Assembly (NCBI GenBank): GCA_034432855.1
Contig: DAOUBA010000058.1
Coordinates: forward strand, 5,483 to 69,482
DNA length: 64,000 nucleotides
Reading direction: 5' to 3'
Source of the DNA: Anaerolineae bacterium
Lineage (GTDB): Bacteria > Chloroflexota > Anaerolineae > B4-G1
A program made the position numbers and the translations under genes. Below, in pieces: positions 1-9,547 of this stretch. Position 1 is the stretch's first letter. Each line of letters opens with the position of its first letter. A model generated the notes under the pieces. It was not told where the DNA came from. It searched no databases and was given only the letters and a program-made list of their open reading frames with translations.

Positions 1-868
1 GCGGCAGATAGACGAACCGATCTGTCGGCATCACGCGCACCGTGTCGGTGAGAATGGGCGTGCTGTTTACCATTGCGTTGAGGGTGACGGTGTACCAGAC
101 GTAGTTGGTCAGCCCGGTCAGGGTGTAGGCGCGGGTGGGGTTGAGGATGCCGGTGATGGGCGAGGGCTGGTCGCCTGTTGGCCCCATGTAGCCGATGCGC
201 CAGGTGCTGGTGGGCGGCAAATCGGTGTGGACCTGCCAGGTCAGGTGGATGGCGCGGTCGGCCGGCGCGCCGTGGAGCACAAGCCCTTCGAGTGGGATTT
301 TGTAGATGTGAACGGCGTTGCGGGCAAAGGTGTCGCTGAATGAGCCGCCCACCACGGGCACGCTGCGGCCCTCGTCCACCACTTCGGCCAGACCGCTGAC
401 AGAGGTATCCAGCAGAAAGTTGACGTTGATGGTGGCCGGTTCGGTCACCGTGTAGAGCGCGCCGGGGATCGGGTCCGGCTCGGTCAGGCGGACGGCAAAG
501 ACATAGATGTAGCCGTCGTGGTAACGGACCATCGTGTCCACCCGGTTGGCCTGCGTGTTGGCATTATCGCTGACGTGGATGTTCGGCTCCGGGCCGAGAA
601 TGGCCGGCGCCAGGCGGGTGACCTGGTCGGTGAATTTGGCCATCGCGCCGTACCGGATGGTGTCGTATTCAAAGTAGTGAAACCAATTGATGCCTTTCAT
701 GCCGTGCACGACGTTCAGCCAGGCTTCCATAAACACCTGCTCCTCGGTTGGGGGAGGCGTTTCGTTCGCGCGGACATCGCAGACTTCGACGAAGGAGAAC
801 ATGGGGATCAGGTCATAGTTCCTGGCCACAAGGAGATCCATGGCCGCGGCACAGGTCCATCGGCCCCC
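1..868 (-). CDS. C-terminal portion of a secreted glycosidase-like protein; continues ORF 813..2945 in a different frame (probable frameshift) and runs off the window start; ends in an FN3-like domain with a ...RFVYLP tail
   Basis: Hand translation of the minus strand gives a stop-free frame from about 868 to position 1 reading MDLLVARNYDLIPMF...EQVFMEAWLNVVHGMKGINWFHYFEYD...IHLTWQVHTDLPPTSTWRIGYMGP...YTLTGLTNYVWYTVTLNAMVNSTPILTDTVRVMPTDRFVYLP. It is absent from the ORF track because it has no in-window stop. Confidence 0.45.
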
Positions 869-2945
869 GGTCGGCTTTGTTGAGGTTGACCTGCAGCCGA
901 CGCTCCAGCGGGTAAATGTCAAAGCCCATCACGTCTACGGTAAATTGCCTTTTGCCGCCAAAGATGAAGGCGTTGTTCAAAAAGTCATAGTCTGTCCCGT
1001 AAGAGCCATAGTGGGGCAAATAGGTGCCCGCCAGGTTGATGATGACGGGATGTTGTGGGTCGTGCAGATGGCTGGCATAAGTCCAGGCGCGCAGGACGGC
1101 CGGCGGCACCCGCTGGGAGTGACCGCCCAGGTCGGGCTCGTCCATCCACATCCAGCCGGCCAGCGCCGGCATATCGCGCGTGGCGGTGACATAGTCGGTC
1201 AACACGTTGATGTTGGCGTTGCGCGCAAAGTGCCGACGGCGCTCCGGCTTGAGCGGGAGGGGCAGGCCGACGTCAAACCAGCGTTCCGGGCCAAACGCGT
1301 AGAACCCGTACTTGTGGGCATTGGTCAGGTAGTCGGTCCACGTGGCGACGTTGTGCGTCTGATACCACCCTTCGGCATACAGAGCGTTAATGTAACCGTT
1401 GTTTTTCCACGCGGCCATTTCGCTCGTGTTCAGGATCCAGGGCGTCACGGGGAAGAAGGGTTGGCCGTCCACGCGGAACGCGTTGTTTTCGTCAATGCCC
1501 ACGCGCGGCGCGCCGTTGTAGGGCTTGTCCAGGTACTCGTTGATCTGGTCCAGGACGCCGCCGCCTGAATTGAGCAGTTGGGCCGTGAGGGTATAACTGC
1601 CGGCCGGCAGGTCGGCGTTGCGGAAGAGGAATTTCTCTTCAGCGGCAAGGCCGGTCTTTTCAAACACGATGGCACTGTAGCCATTGTTCCCGGCGATGCT
1701 GACCCTGAGGCGATTGGTCGGGTTGCCGTAGGCCGCGCTGGGAATTTGTGCATAGATGTACTGAGCAATGCGGGCGTGGAACGGCGCATGCCAGAGGTCA
1801 AAGCCGGTAAAAAGGTCGTTGAGGGACAGGGTACGATTGTAGATGCGCACTTCGTCCACATAGCCGTTGAACACCTGGGGATCGGAAGCCGACCGACCGA
1901 TCAGCAGGTTGCTGGTTGAGTTGGCAATCGTCCCGCTGTAGGGCAGCGTGGCCATTTCCTTGCCGTTTATAAAGGTACGCACCGCACTTCCGTCATACGT
2001 GAACGCATAATGATTCCAGTGGGTGTTGTCCACGTCATAGGCCAGGAACCAGTTCGCGCGGGCTGTGCCTCGCGTGGTGATGAGCTGGACATATAATGCG
2101 CGCCCGCTAATTTGCACGTTGAACTGCCCCGGCTTATCCAGCAGGGTCCCATAGGTGCTGGTCAGCGCCTTTTTTGCCCAGAAGGAGACGCTGATCTGGT
2201 TCAGGCCGGAAAAGACGCCGCTGTCGGTGACGCTGATGTAGGCGCCGCCGGTCAGGTTGGCGGCCTGGTTGGCAATACCGGCGACAAAACCGCCGGCGCC
2301 GCCCTGCCACTGTCCCACCAGCCCGCTGGGAGAACTGTCGGTCAGGTTGCCGTCCAGACGCATATCCAGGCGCGTGCCGGCATCAGGCCAGGGCGGGAGC
2401 TGAGGCGGCTGGCCGGTCACGGTGATGAAGGTGGTGGTGCTGGCCACCGCAGTCGGGCTGCCGATGGGGTTATCACCGGAATCAAATTGACTCCACACCG
2501 AGACGGTGAGCGTGACGGTGTAGACGCCGGGGCGCATGTAGAAATGCGAGATGGCGATCCCGCTGTCGCCGGAGTAATAGTAGGGATCGCCGAATTTGGC
2601 GACATAGTCGTCGCCAAAATCCCATTCGTAGCGCCCCTTAAGGAGCATCTGCGTGTCCGTGTAGGTGGTGCCGGTCGCATCGAACAGGACTTCCTCGCCC
2701 ACACGTATCGTGGAAGCAGGCCGCACGACAATGCGGGGTACGAGAGCAGAGGCCATACTTTCAGGGCCGTCCGCGGCCGTTGCCGCGCCGGTTAGCCATA
2801 CGTGGAGCAAGACAATGAAAGCGAGCGGGGCAAGCGTGACTGCCAAAAGCCGGGTGATTTTCATTTTTCCCTCCTTGCACAATGAAATCTGTTGCTTTAT
2901 GCACGGTGGCCGCATTCCTCCAGGTAGAGAAGAGCTACGAGCCAT
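813..2945 (-). CDS. Secreted multi-domain protein (signal peptide, PKD/Ig-like region, laminin-G/concanavalin-like domain, TIM-barrel glycoside-hydrolase-like C-terminal half); 710-aa ORF probably frameshifted into 1..868
   Basis: N-terminal signal peptide MKITRLLAVTLAPLAFIVLLHVWLTGAATAA; LamG-like motif NGYVDEVRIYNRTLSLNDLF; hydrolase-like region WMWMDEPDLGG...VINLAGTYLPHYGSYGTDYDFL. The ORF tail ...RGPMDLCRGHGSPCGQEL looks like out-of-frame read-through. Confidence 0.6.
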   Translation of the reverse strand: MARSSSLPGGMRPPCIKQQISLCKEGKMKITRLLAVTLAPLAFIVLLHVWLTGAATAADGPESMASALVPRIVVRPASTIRVGEEVLFDATGTTYTDTQMLLKGRYEWDFGDDYVAKFGDPYYYSGDSGIAISHFYMRPGVYTVTLTVSVWSQFDSGDNPIGSPTAVASTTTFITVTGQPPQLPPWPDAGTRLDMRLDGNLTDSSPSGLVGQWQGGAGGFVAGIANQAANLTGGAYISVTDSGVFSGLNQISVSFWAKKALTSTYGTLLDKPGQFNVQISGRALYVQLITTRGTARANWFLAYDVDNTHWNHYAFTYDGSAVRTFINGKEMATLPYSGTIANSTSNLLIGRSASDPQVFNGYVDEVRIYNRTLSLNDLFTGFDLWHAPFHARIAQYIYAQIPSAAYGNPTNRLRVSIAGNNGYSAIVFEKTGLAAEEKFLFRNADLPAGSYTLTAQLLNSGGGVLDQINEYLDKPYNGAPRVGIDENNAFRVDGQPFFPVTPWILNTSEMAAWKNNGYINALYAEGWYQTHNVATWTDYLTNAHKYGFYAFGPERWFDVGLPLPLKPERRRHFARNANINVLTDYVTATRDMPALAGWMWMDEPDLGGHSQRVPPAVLRAWTYASHLHDPQHPVIINLAGTYLPHYGSYGTDYDFLNNAFIFGGKRQFTVDVMGFDIYPLERRLQVNLNKADRGPMDLCRGHGSPCGQEL

Positions 2946-5442
2946 TTTTGAGAGCGAGCGGTAGATAAACCCGAAAGATGTCTTTTACGACATAAAACAT
3001 TTTCGGTGGCGTCTCCGTGCCGTTCGGCGGCGGGGCCGGATCGTAAACCGTCACCGGGAAACTGCCCACCGTGCTCACGTCGGCGGCCCTGATGGTGGCC
3101 CTCAAGCGCGTGCTGCTGACAAAAGTGGTCGGACGGTCGCTGCCGTTCCAGCGCACCACGCTATTGGCCGTAAAGCCGGCGCCGTCCACGGTCAGAGTGA
3201 AATCGGCCGCCTCGTCCACGTCGAAAAAGGACGGGTTAATGCTCAACAACGTGAGCGGGGCCGGGCCGTTGTCCACCAGGATTTTGGACGTAAATGGCGC
3301 AAGGGTCAGGCTGCCGATCACGGTGTTTTGATCCAGGTCCAGATATTGCCGGTCGCCCAGGTTGATGACTATTGCCGTCTTGCTGGCGTTGTAAAATATC
3401 TTGCCGCGCGAGGGCTCGCCCTGAGGTTGGGTAAACCAGTTGGTCTTGGAGTGGGCCTCCAGGCCGCTGAACGCCTTCCAGCCGGAGAACGTGTAGCGCG
3501 TCCAGGAGGGGCCATAGGCGATGTGATTGTTCACGTAGGGGTGAAACAGGTAGTTATAGTCCGAGGACACCCAGTTGCTGAGACTGCGCGAGTATATCGT
3601 CCAGGCCTTGCTGTTCAGCCCAAAGAGGATGTTGTTGGCTACGGTCGCGCGGGTCTCGTCGCCACCCAGGCTGATGTGCGCGGCGTACTCGGTGCCGTAG
3701 GAGGCATTGTACACCGTATTGCCGACGATGGTGCCGGTCGAGCGCTGGTAGTTGATGCCGGTGATTGTCGTGCTGATGACGGTGTTGCCACGCGCCTCCA
3801 CATCACGGGAATAGTGGTCTACGTACAGCCCCATCCCAAAGGCCGCGCGCGAGGGATGACAGCCGTCCACGTTGCCGGGGATGTCCACGATGATGTTGTT
3901 GAGCAATCGGACGTTGTACACTTCGGTCGCCGAGAGGTTGTCGGTGCCGAACGTCCTGACGCCGCCGCAGTCGGCTTTGGAATAGCAGGACTGGGTGATG
4001 AAATTCTTTTCCAGCGTCGTGTCGTGGCCGAACACATCTACGCCGTTGTAGCCGATCCGCTCCAGACGATTGTAGCGCAGCGTGTTGCCATAGCCGGAAT
4101 CGCGTGGGTCATATGTCCTGATCCGAATTCCGTCGCCGTTCTCGGTGCACTCGTCGCTGGTCTGGCCGCAGCCCATGCCGGATTTGCCCAGATTCTGGAT
4201 GAGCGCGATGTTGCGGATGACATTATCCTCGAAGGTGGATTCGGCGAAATAGCCGGTGATGCCGAAATGGTTGGCCCCATCAATGAGGTTGTTCGTGAAC
4301 GTCATATGATGTCCACCGCGCAACCCCTTGCGACCGTCGGAGGGCCGCTCCAGCCAACTGCTCAGCCGGACGCCGGCGGAATTCACGTCGCGGATGGTGA
4401 CGTTGCGCACCGTGATGTGATGATAGATATCTCGGCTCATCCCGCCCGGCGTGCCGATGCCGTGATTGAACCAGTTCTTGATCTCGAGATTGTCAATGAT
4501 GATATAGGCGGTTTCCGAGCCGTCGCTGAGCATGATGCCCCCATCCCTGATCCGGTTGGGGTCGGGGTCGGTCGCGAACACCACCGACCCTTCGATGTTG
4601 GCCGGCGTGCCCGAGTCCGAATACAGGTAGACCCGCCGCGTTCCGGCGTCATAGTACCACTCGCCGTCCCGGTCCAGCGTGGCCAGATGGTTGTTGATGA
4701 AATACCCCCAGCCGATACAATCGCCCCAACTGGAGATCAGGCAGGACAATCCTTTGTTCAGCGTCAGCGTGGTGCCGCTGGAGCCGGTGACCTGGCGTTC
4801 GAGCATGGACCAGCGGATGTTCTTGATGTGCACGATGGCGCCGGTCCAGTTTATGCCGGACGGCAGTTCGTTGTCTACAATCTGGTTGCTGCCGGCGCTG
4901 TGGCTGTCCACGAACGAATAGCCGCCGTTGGCCGTGCCCAGGTTGGGCCAGCGGCCCAGCGTCAAGCGTTGACCATTGCGGAACAACTGGTTGATGCCCA
5001 GCGGGAACGCGCTCTCCGGCACGCTGGCCCAGTAGATTTTGCCCGAGTAGACGGCCCAGCCGGTGATCGGCAGCGAACCGGAGAGGATCGGTTTATTGGC
5101 GCATCCCGCCGGGTACGAGCCGAAAGTGATCGGGGCGTCTGCCGTGCCCGCCCATTTGATGACCAGTTGCTCGGCCCGCCAGGTGTCGCCGCACTTGAAC
5201 AGCACCCGGTCGCCGGGCTGGAGGTTCAGCGAGTTGATCTTGGCAATGGTCTTGAACGGCGTTGACTCGGACCGGCCGTTGTTGCTATCGCTGCCGCCCG
5301 AACTGGAGACGTAATAGGTCGTCCCGCCAGCCCGCACAGGCCGGACCGGCATGATGGCGGCGAGCAGGGCCAGCGAGATGACAAACCGGAGGGGAAATCC
5401 CAAAATAGAAAAAACGGTCTTGTTCATAGCCACCTCACGCAT
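2935..5442 (-). CDS. Secreted right-handed parallel beta-helix (pectate-lyase-fold) protein, 835 aa, with a C-terminal Ig/IPT-like domain and a ...FRVYLPLALKNGS tail
   Basis: Signal peptide (true start possibly MNKTVFSIL.. at 5427); N-cap GTTYYVSSSGGSDSNNGRSESTPFKTIAKI..LQPGDRVLF typical of beta-helix carbohydrate-active proteins; repeated NN[IL]I / G-rich beta-helix rungs; the C-terminal region VTVYDPAPPP...YVVKDIFRVYLPLALKNGS. Confidence 0.6.
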   Translation of the reverse strand: MREVAMNKTVFSILGFPLRFVISLALLAAIMPVRPVRAGGTTYYVSSSGGSDSNNGRSESTPFKTIAKINSLNLQPGDRVLFKCGDTWRAEQLVIKWAGTADAPITFGSYPAGCANKPILSGSLPITGWAVYSGKIYWASVPESAFPLGINQLFRNGQRLTLGRWPNLGTANGGYSFVDSHSAGSNQIVDNELPSGINWTGAIVHIKNIRWSMLERQVTGSSGTTLTLNKGLSCLISSWGDCIGWGYFINNHLATLDRDGEWYYDAGTRRVYLYSDSGTPANIEGSVVFATDPDPNRIRDGGIMLSDGSETAYIIIDNLEIKNWFNHGIGTPGGMSRDIYHHITVRNVTIRDVNSAGVRLSSWLERPSDGRKGLRGGHHMTFTNNLIDGANHFGITGYFAESTFEDNVIRNIALIQNLGKSGMGCGQTSDECTENGDGIRIRTYDPRDSGYGNTLRYNRLERIGYNGVDVFGHDTTLEKNFITQSCYSKADCGGVRTFGTDNLSATEVYNVRLLNNIIVDIPGNVDGCHPSRAAFGMGLYVDHYSRDVEARGNTVISTTITGINYQRSTGTIVGNTVYNASYGTEYAAHISLGGDETRATVANNILFGLNSKAWTIYSRSLSNWVSSDYNYLFHPYVNNHIAYGPSWTRYTFSGWKAFSGLEAHSKTNWFTQPQGEPSRGKIFYNASKTAIVINLGDRQYLDLDQNTVIGSLTLAPFTSKILVDNGPAPLTLLSINPSFFDVDEAADFTLTVDGAGFTANSVVRWNGSDRPTTFVSSTRLRATIRAADVSTVGSFPVTVYDPAPPPNGTETPPKMFYVVKDIFRVYLPLALKNGS

Positions 5443-5502
5443 AAGGTCGTGAACTCGATCTGGGATAAGGTTCTCCCCCAGTTTTCGGTCAGCGCCCCCG
5501 CA

Positions 5503-5650
5503 ACACCAGCGGCAGGTACACGAACCGGTCCGTCGGCATCACCCGCACCGTGTCGGTGAGAAACGGCGTGCTGTTCACCATCGCGTTGAGGGTGACGGTG
5601 TACCAGACGTAGTTGCGTAGGAATGGCTGAATAGTTACCTTGTTCCTTCA
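5503..5650 (-). pseudogene. Remnant 3' gene fragment (about 48 codons, no start codon) duplicating the C-terminus of the window-start gene
   Basis: The minus-strand translation ...RNYVWYTVTLNAMVNSTPFLTDTVRVMPTDRFVYLPLVLRGR* is near-identical at DNA level to positions 1..110 (about 90% identity by eye). It lies in the intergenic space between the beta-helix gene start and the iclR stop. Confidence 0.55.
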
Positions 5651-5660
5651 ATATCTCCGA

Positions 5661-6428
5661 TTACTGCAACAAACAGCCCAAACGTTTCGAGATTTCGCAG
5701 GCGTGCCTCATCACCACCTCGCCTAGATGGGGAAGCGTCTCGACGGTCAGCCGGGTTGCCGGCCCCGAAATGCCCAGCGAGGCCAGCACCGTCCCGTCGT
5801 ACCCCCGGATGGGCGCCGCGATGCATCTGACGCCCGGATAGAGTTCCTCGTCGTCCACTGCATACCCCTGGGCGCGAATCTGCTGGCAGTGGGTCCGGAA
5901 CCGGTCGGGATCGGTGATCGTGGCGGGGGTGTAGCGCCGAAAATCCAGCCGCTCGATCACCGCTTCGCACTCCTCATCGGGCAAAAAGGCCACCAACGCC
6001 TTGCCGACCGCCGTACAGTGAATCGGCTCCCGCTGGCCGATCTCCGTGTTGACGCTCACTACTTCCGGACTGATCTCCTGGGCGATATAGACTACCTGGT
6101 TCTCCATCCGCATGGCCAGATGGACCGTCTCCCGAGTCTCTTGCAACAATTTCTTCATAGCCGGGCGTGCCTGAAGATAGACGTCGTTGTTGCCCAGAAT
6201 CCGGCTGCTCAAGGCGATCATTCTCGGACCAACCGTGTATTTTCTGGTCTCCGGGTCCTGCTCTACATACCCCCTGGTCCTCAGAATAGACAGCAGCCGA
6301 TAGACCGTGCCCTTGTCCAGGCCCAGTGCCCTGGACAATTCGGAGACTCCCATCGCCCGACCGGCATCTGCCAGGGCCTCCAGTAACCTTGTTCCTTTTG
6401 CAAGGGAACCGGCACTCACTTTGGTCAT
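5661..6428 (-). CDS. IclR family transcriptional regulator
   Basis: wHTH N-terminus GTRLLEALADAGRAMGVSELSRALGLDKGTVYRLLSILRTRGYVEQD plus an IclR effector domain. The start is refined to MTKVSAG (the ORF-track start at 6536 has an unlikely N-extension). Confidence 0.85.
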   Translation of the reverse strand: MTKVSAGSLAKGTRLLEALADAGRAMGVSELSRALGLDKGTVYRLLSILRTRGYVEQDPETRKYTVGPRMIALSSRILGNNDVYLQARPAMKKLLQETRETVHLAMRMENQVVYIAQEISPEVVSVNTEIGQREPIHCTAVGKALVAFLPDEECEAVIERLDFRRYTPATITDPDRFRTHCQQIRAQGYAVDDEELYPGVRCIAAPIRGYDGTVLASLGISGPATRLTVETLPHLGEVVMRHACEISKRLGCLLQ

Positions 6429-6550
6429 CGTCACGCCCCAGAAGGATTCTTGCTGCCGAGAGGGAGAGGAAAGCGCGATTCTGCAACGGCCACAGATCAT
6501 ACCGCAAGCCTCCTCACCCTCTCCCAGATTATACAAATATGTTGTGCTAT

Positions 6551-6592
6551 TGTCAACGCTTTATTGACATTTGCAACATAAAGTTATATAAT
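6551..6592 (+). promoter_or_regulatory. Consensus sigma70-like promoter TTGACA(6564-6569)-17 bp-TATAAT(6587-6592) overlapped by a perfect inverted repeat TGTCAA-N7-TTGACA (6551-6569), a candidate IclR operator
   Basis: Read directly: tgtcaacgctttattgacatttgcaacataaagttatataat. The region is AT-rich against a high-GC background and sits 58 bp upstream of the TPP-enzyme start, divergent from iclR. Confidence 0.5.
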
Positions 6593-6649
6593 TGTGAAAC
6601 AAGATGCCCCACAATGACGCTGCACGCACATCTCAAGAGAGGTTCCCCC

Positions 6650-8446
6650 ATGATATTGACCGGTGGCGAAATCGTCGTAGAGTTCCTTGTCCGTCATCGC
6701 ATCCCCTATCTGGTGGGTATCCCCGGCCACGGTTGCCTGGGCCTGGTGGATGCGCTGAGAAACTACCCGCAGCAAATCCAACTCCTTCAGGTTCGTCACG
6801 AACAGAGCGCCGTCCATCTGGCCGACGGCTATTACCGGGTCACCGGCACGCCCCTGGCTGTCTTGACTTCCATCGGCCCCGGCGCGATGAACACGGTGAT
6901 CGGCGTGGCCTCTTGCTTTGTGGATTCCATTCCCGTGCTGGTGCTCACCGGCAACGCACACACCCACATGGCCGGACGCGGCGTGCTGCAAGAGATCGAG
7001 CGCCGGCATGATGCCGATAGCCTCAGCGTGTTTGCGCCGATTGCCAAGCGTACATGGCGGCCCTCGCGGGTTGACCGACTGCCGGCCATCCTCCGGCGGG
7101 CCTTTATCGAGATGCTCGGCGGGCGGCGCGGCCCGGTCGTCGTTGACCTGCCGATGGATGTGCAATGCGACAGCGCCGAGGTGCGGGTGGAGGAACTGGC
7201 CAGCGTCCGCCCGCCGGGCTGCCCCATGCCCGACCCGACGTTGATCGAGCAGGCCGGGCGGCTGCTCCTGCAGGCGCAACGCCCCGTCCTGGTCGCCGGA
7301 GGAGGCGTCATCGCCGGCCATGCGTGGGACGAGTTGCGCGCGCTGGCCGAATTCCTCGGCGCGCCGGTGGTGACCACGATGATGGGCAAAGGGGCCTTTC
7401 CCGAAGACCATCCCCTTTCCGGATTTCACGGCGGCTCCAAAGGCACCACCTGCGGCAACGCGCTCACCGCCCGCGCCGACGTGCTCCTGGCCGTCGGCAT
7501 GCGCTTTGCCGACGAGTCCACGTCTTCCTACCGGCATGGCGTGACCTATGCCATTCCCCCCACGCGGTTGATCCACGTTGACCTGGACCCTGCCGAGATC
7601 GGCAAAAATTACCCGGCCGAGGTGGGCATCGTGGCCGATGCCAGGGCCGCGCTGGCGGCGCTGTTGGAGTGGCTGAGAGCCAGTAGCGCCCCACGAGATT
7701 ACCGCCGCAGCGCCTACTTCGCCGAAATTCAGCGCCTGCGGGAGGAATGGCTGGCCCGCGTGCGCGAACTCGCCACCTCCGATCACACCCCGGTCACCAT
7801 CTCCCGCCTGATCGCCGAACTGCGCGCTTTTCTCCGCCGGGATGCCATCGTCCTTACCTCGTCGGGGAACACCCAGGCCCAATGGTTCCAGGAAGCGATG
7901 GTCTATGAACCGCAGACCAACCTGACCACCGGGGGTTTTAGCACGATGGGCTGGACGCTGCCCGCCGCGTTGGGGGCCAAACTGGCTGCGCCGGAACGCC
8001 AGGTGGTCGGGCTGTTGGGCGACGGCGATTTCCTGATGACGGTGCAGGAACTGGCGACGGCGGTGCAGTACGACCTTCCCGTCGTCTATGTGGTGGCCAA
8101 CAACGCCGGCTGGATCGCCATCCGCGACCTGCAGGCGGCCGTCTATGGGCCGGCGCGGGCAGCCGGCGCCGAGTTCCTCAAGGATGGACGCCCTATCTCG
8201 CCCGATCTGGCAGCCATCGCCCGCGGCTTTGGCTGCTACGCCGAACGCATCTCGGCGCCTGAGGAGGTGCGTCCGGCGTTGGAGCGGGCCTTTGCCTCCG
8301 GGCAACCGGCGGTGATCGAGGTGCTGGTCGAGCGGGACTATCCTCTCTCCGGCAGCCCGGCGGTGGGCTGGTGGGATGTGCCGGTGCCCACCTATCTGAC
8401 CCAACAACGGGCCCGCTATGAGCAGGAACGGGCCGAGGAACAATAA
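6650..8446 (+). CDS. Thiamine-pyrophosphate-dependent enzyme of the acetolactate-synthase large-subunit / IolD-like family
   Basis: N-terminal TPP-enzyme fold (GIPGHGCLGLVDAL...VRHEQSAVHLADGYYRVTG...IGPGAMNTVIGVASCFVDSIPVLVLTG) and a C-terminal TPP-binding motif GLLGDGDFLMTVQELATAVQYDLPVVYVVANNAGW; RBS agagagg 7 nt upstream of ATG 6650. Confidence 0.8.
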   Translation: MILTGGEIVVEFLVRHRIPYLVGIPGHGCLGLVDALRNYPQQIQLLQVRHEQSAVHLADGYYRVTGTPLAVLTSIGPGAMNTVIGVASCFVDSIPVLVLTGNAHTHMAGRGVLQEIERRHDADSLSVFAPIAKRTWRPSRVDRLPAILRRAFIEMLGGRRGPVVVDLPMDVQCDSAEVRVEELASVRPPGCPMPDPTLIEQAGRLLLQAQRPVLVAGGGVIAGHAWDELRALAEFLGAPVVTTMMGKGAFPEDHPLSGFHGGSKGTTCGNALTARADVLLAVGMRFADESTSSYRHGVTYAIPPTRLIHVDLDPAEIGKNYPAEVGIVADARAALAALLEWLRASSAPRDYRRSAYFAEIQRLREEWLARVRELATSDHTPVTISRLIAELRAFLRRDAIVLTSSGNTQAQWFQEAMVYEPQTNLTTGGFSTMGWTLPAALGAKLAAPERQVVGLLGDGDFLMTVQELATAVQYDLPVVYVVANNAGWIAIRDLQAAVYGPARAAGAEFLKDGRPISPDLAAIARGFGCYAERISAPEEVRPALERAFASGQPAVIEVLVERDYPLSGSPAVGWWDVPVPTYLTQQRARYEQERAEEQ

Positions 8447-8460
8447 CTTCAGGAGGAGGC

Positions 8461-9531
8461 ATGTCGCCGATTCGCGTGGCCATTGTGGGCTGTGGCCGAA
8501 TTTCCGATTTGCACGCGCTGGGCTACCGTGACGTGGAAGGGGCGCGCATCGTTGCCGTGTGCGACACCAACCGCCGTCGCGCGCAGACGAAGGCCCGCGC
8601 ATGGGGAGCGGAACGGGTCTACACCGATTACCGGCAGGTGCTGGATGACCCGGAGATAGATCTGGTGGAGTTGCTGGTGCCGCACGACCTGCACGCTCCG
8701 ATGACCGTCGCCGCGTGTCGCGCCGGCAAGCACGTCTCGGTGCAAAAGCCGATGGCGCACACCGCTGCGGAGGCCGATCAGATGATCGCGGCGGCCCAAG
8801 AGACGGGGGTGGTGCTGCGGGTGTACGAGAATTTCGTCTTTTATCCACCGCACGTCCGGGCCAAGGAGATGATCGAGGCCGGCGAGATCGGCGAGCCGCA
8901 GATGATCCGCCTCCACGTGAGCACCGGCAGGAGCAAAACCGGCTGGAAGGTGCCGTTGAGCGCGTGGGCCTGGCGATTCGACGAGAAACGCTGTGGCGGC
9001 GGGCCGCTGGTTTTCGACCACGGCTATCATCTGTTCTCGCTGGCCTATCACCTGATGGGGCCGGTGGAGCGAGTGGTGGCCTGGATTGACCGCTCGCCGG
9101 TCATGCCGACCAAATATCTCGACGCGCCGGCGGTGATGATGTTTCAGTTCAAAGCCCCCCGTCGCTATGGGGTGATGGACTTTGCCCACACGCCCGAGAT
9201 GGTGATGGAGTCGCTCTATTACAACGACGACGACCGGGTAGAGGTGATCGGCGAACGCGGCATCATCCTGGTCAACCGCTGCACGGCCAAAACGGTGGAC
9301 CTGCCGCCGTTGATGCTCTTTCGGGACGGCAAAACCACCGCCATCCCCGTGGAACGCTTTGAATGGCACGACAGTTTTGTGGACTGCACCCGGCACCTGA
9401 TCAAGGTGCTGAGCAGCGGCGGGCAGCCGGTGCTGGACGGGCCGACGGGCAAAGCGGTGCTCCAGTTTACCCTTGCTGCCCACATCTCGGCCCGCGAAGG
9501 CCGCGAAGTGCGCCCGGACGAGGTACGTTGA
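8461..9531 (+). CDS. Gfo/Idh/MocA family NAD(P)-dependent oxidoreductase
   Basis: Rossmann N-terminus IRVAIVGCGRISDLHALGY...VVAVCD and the typical GFO_IDH_MocA core ...AGKHVSVQKPMA... Confidence 0.85.
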   Translation: MSPIRVAIVGCGRISDLHALGYRDVEGARIVAVCDTNRRRAQTKARAWGAERVYTDYRQVLDDPEIDLVELLVPHDLHAPMTVAACRAGKHVSVQKPMAHTAAEADQMIAAAQETGVVLRVYENFVFYPPHVRAKEMIEAGEIGEPQMIRLHVSTGRSKTGWKVPLSAWAWRFDEKRCGGGPLVFDHGYHLFSLAYHLMGPVERVVAWIDRSPVMPTKYLDAPAVMMFQFKAPRRYGVMDFAHTPEMVMESLYYNDDDRVEVIGERGIILVNRCTAKTVDLPPLMLFRDGKTTAIPVERFEWHDSFVDCTRHLIKVLSSGGQPVLDGPTGKAVLQFTLAAHISAREGREVRPDEVR

Positions 9532-9547
9532 TGCCGAAAGGAGACGA

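Noticed and set aside
3328-5265. 645-aa plus-strand ORF
   Set aside because: It lies entirely antisense to the well-supported beta-helix gene; Ala/Arg/Gly/Val-rich with no recognisable motifs, a typical high-GC antisense artefact.
6584-8848. 754-aa minus-strand ORF
   Set aside because: Antisense to the TPP-enzyme and MocA genes; Arg/Gly/Pro-rich low-complexity translation with no domain signatures.
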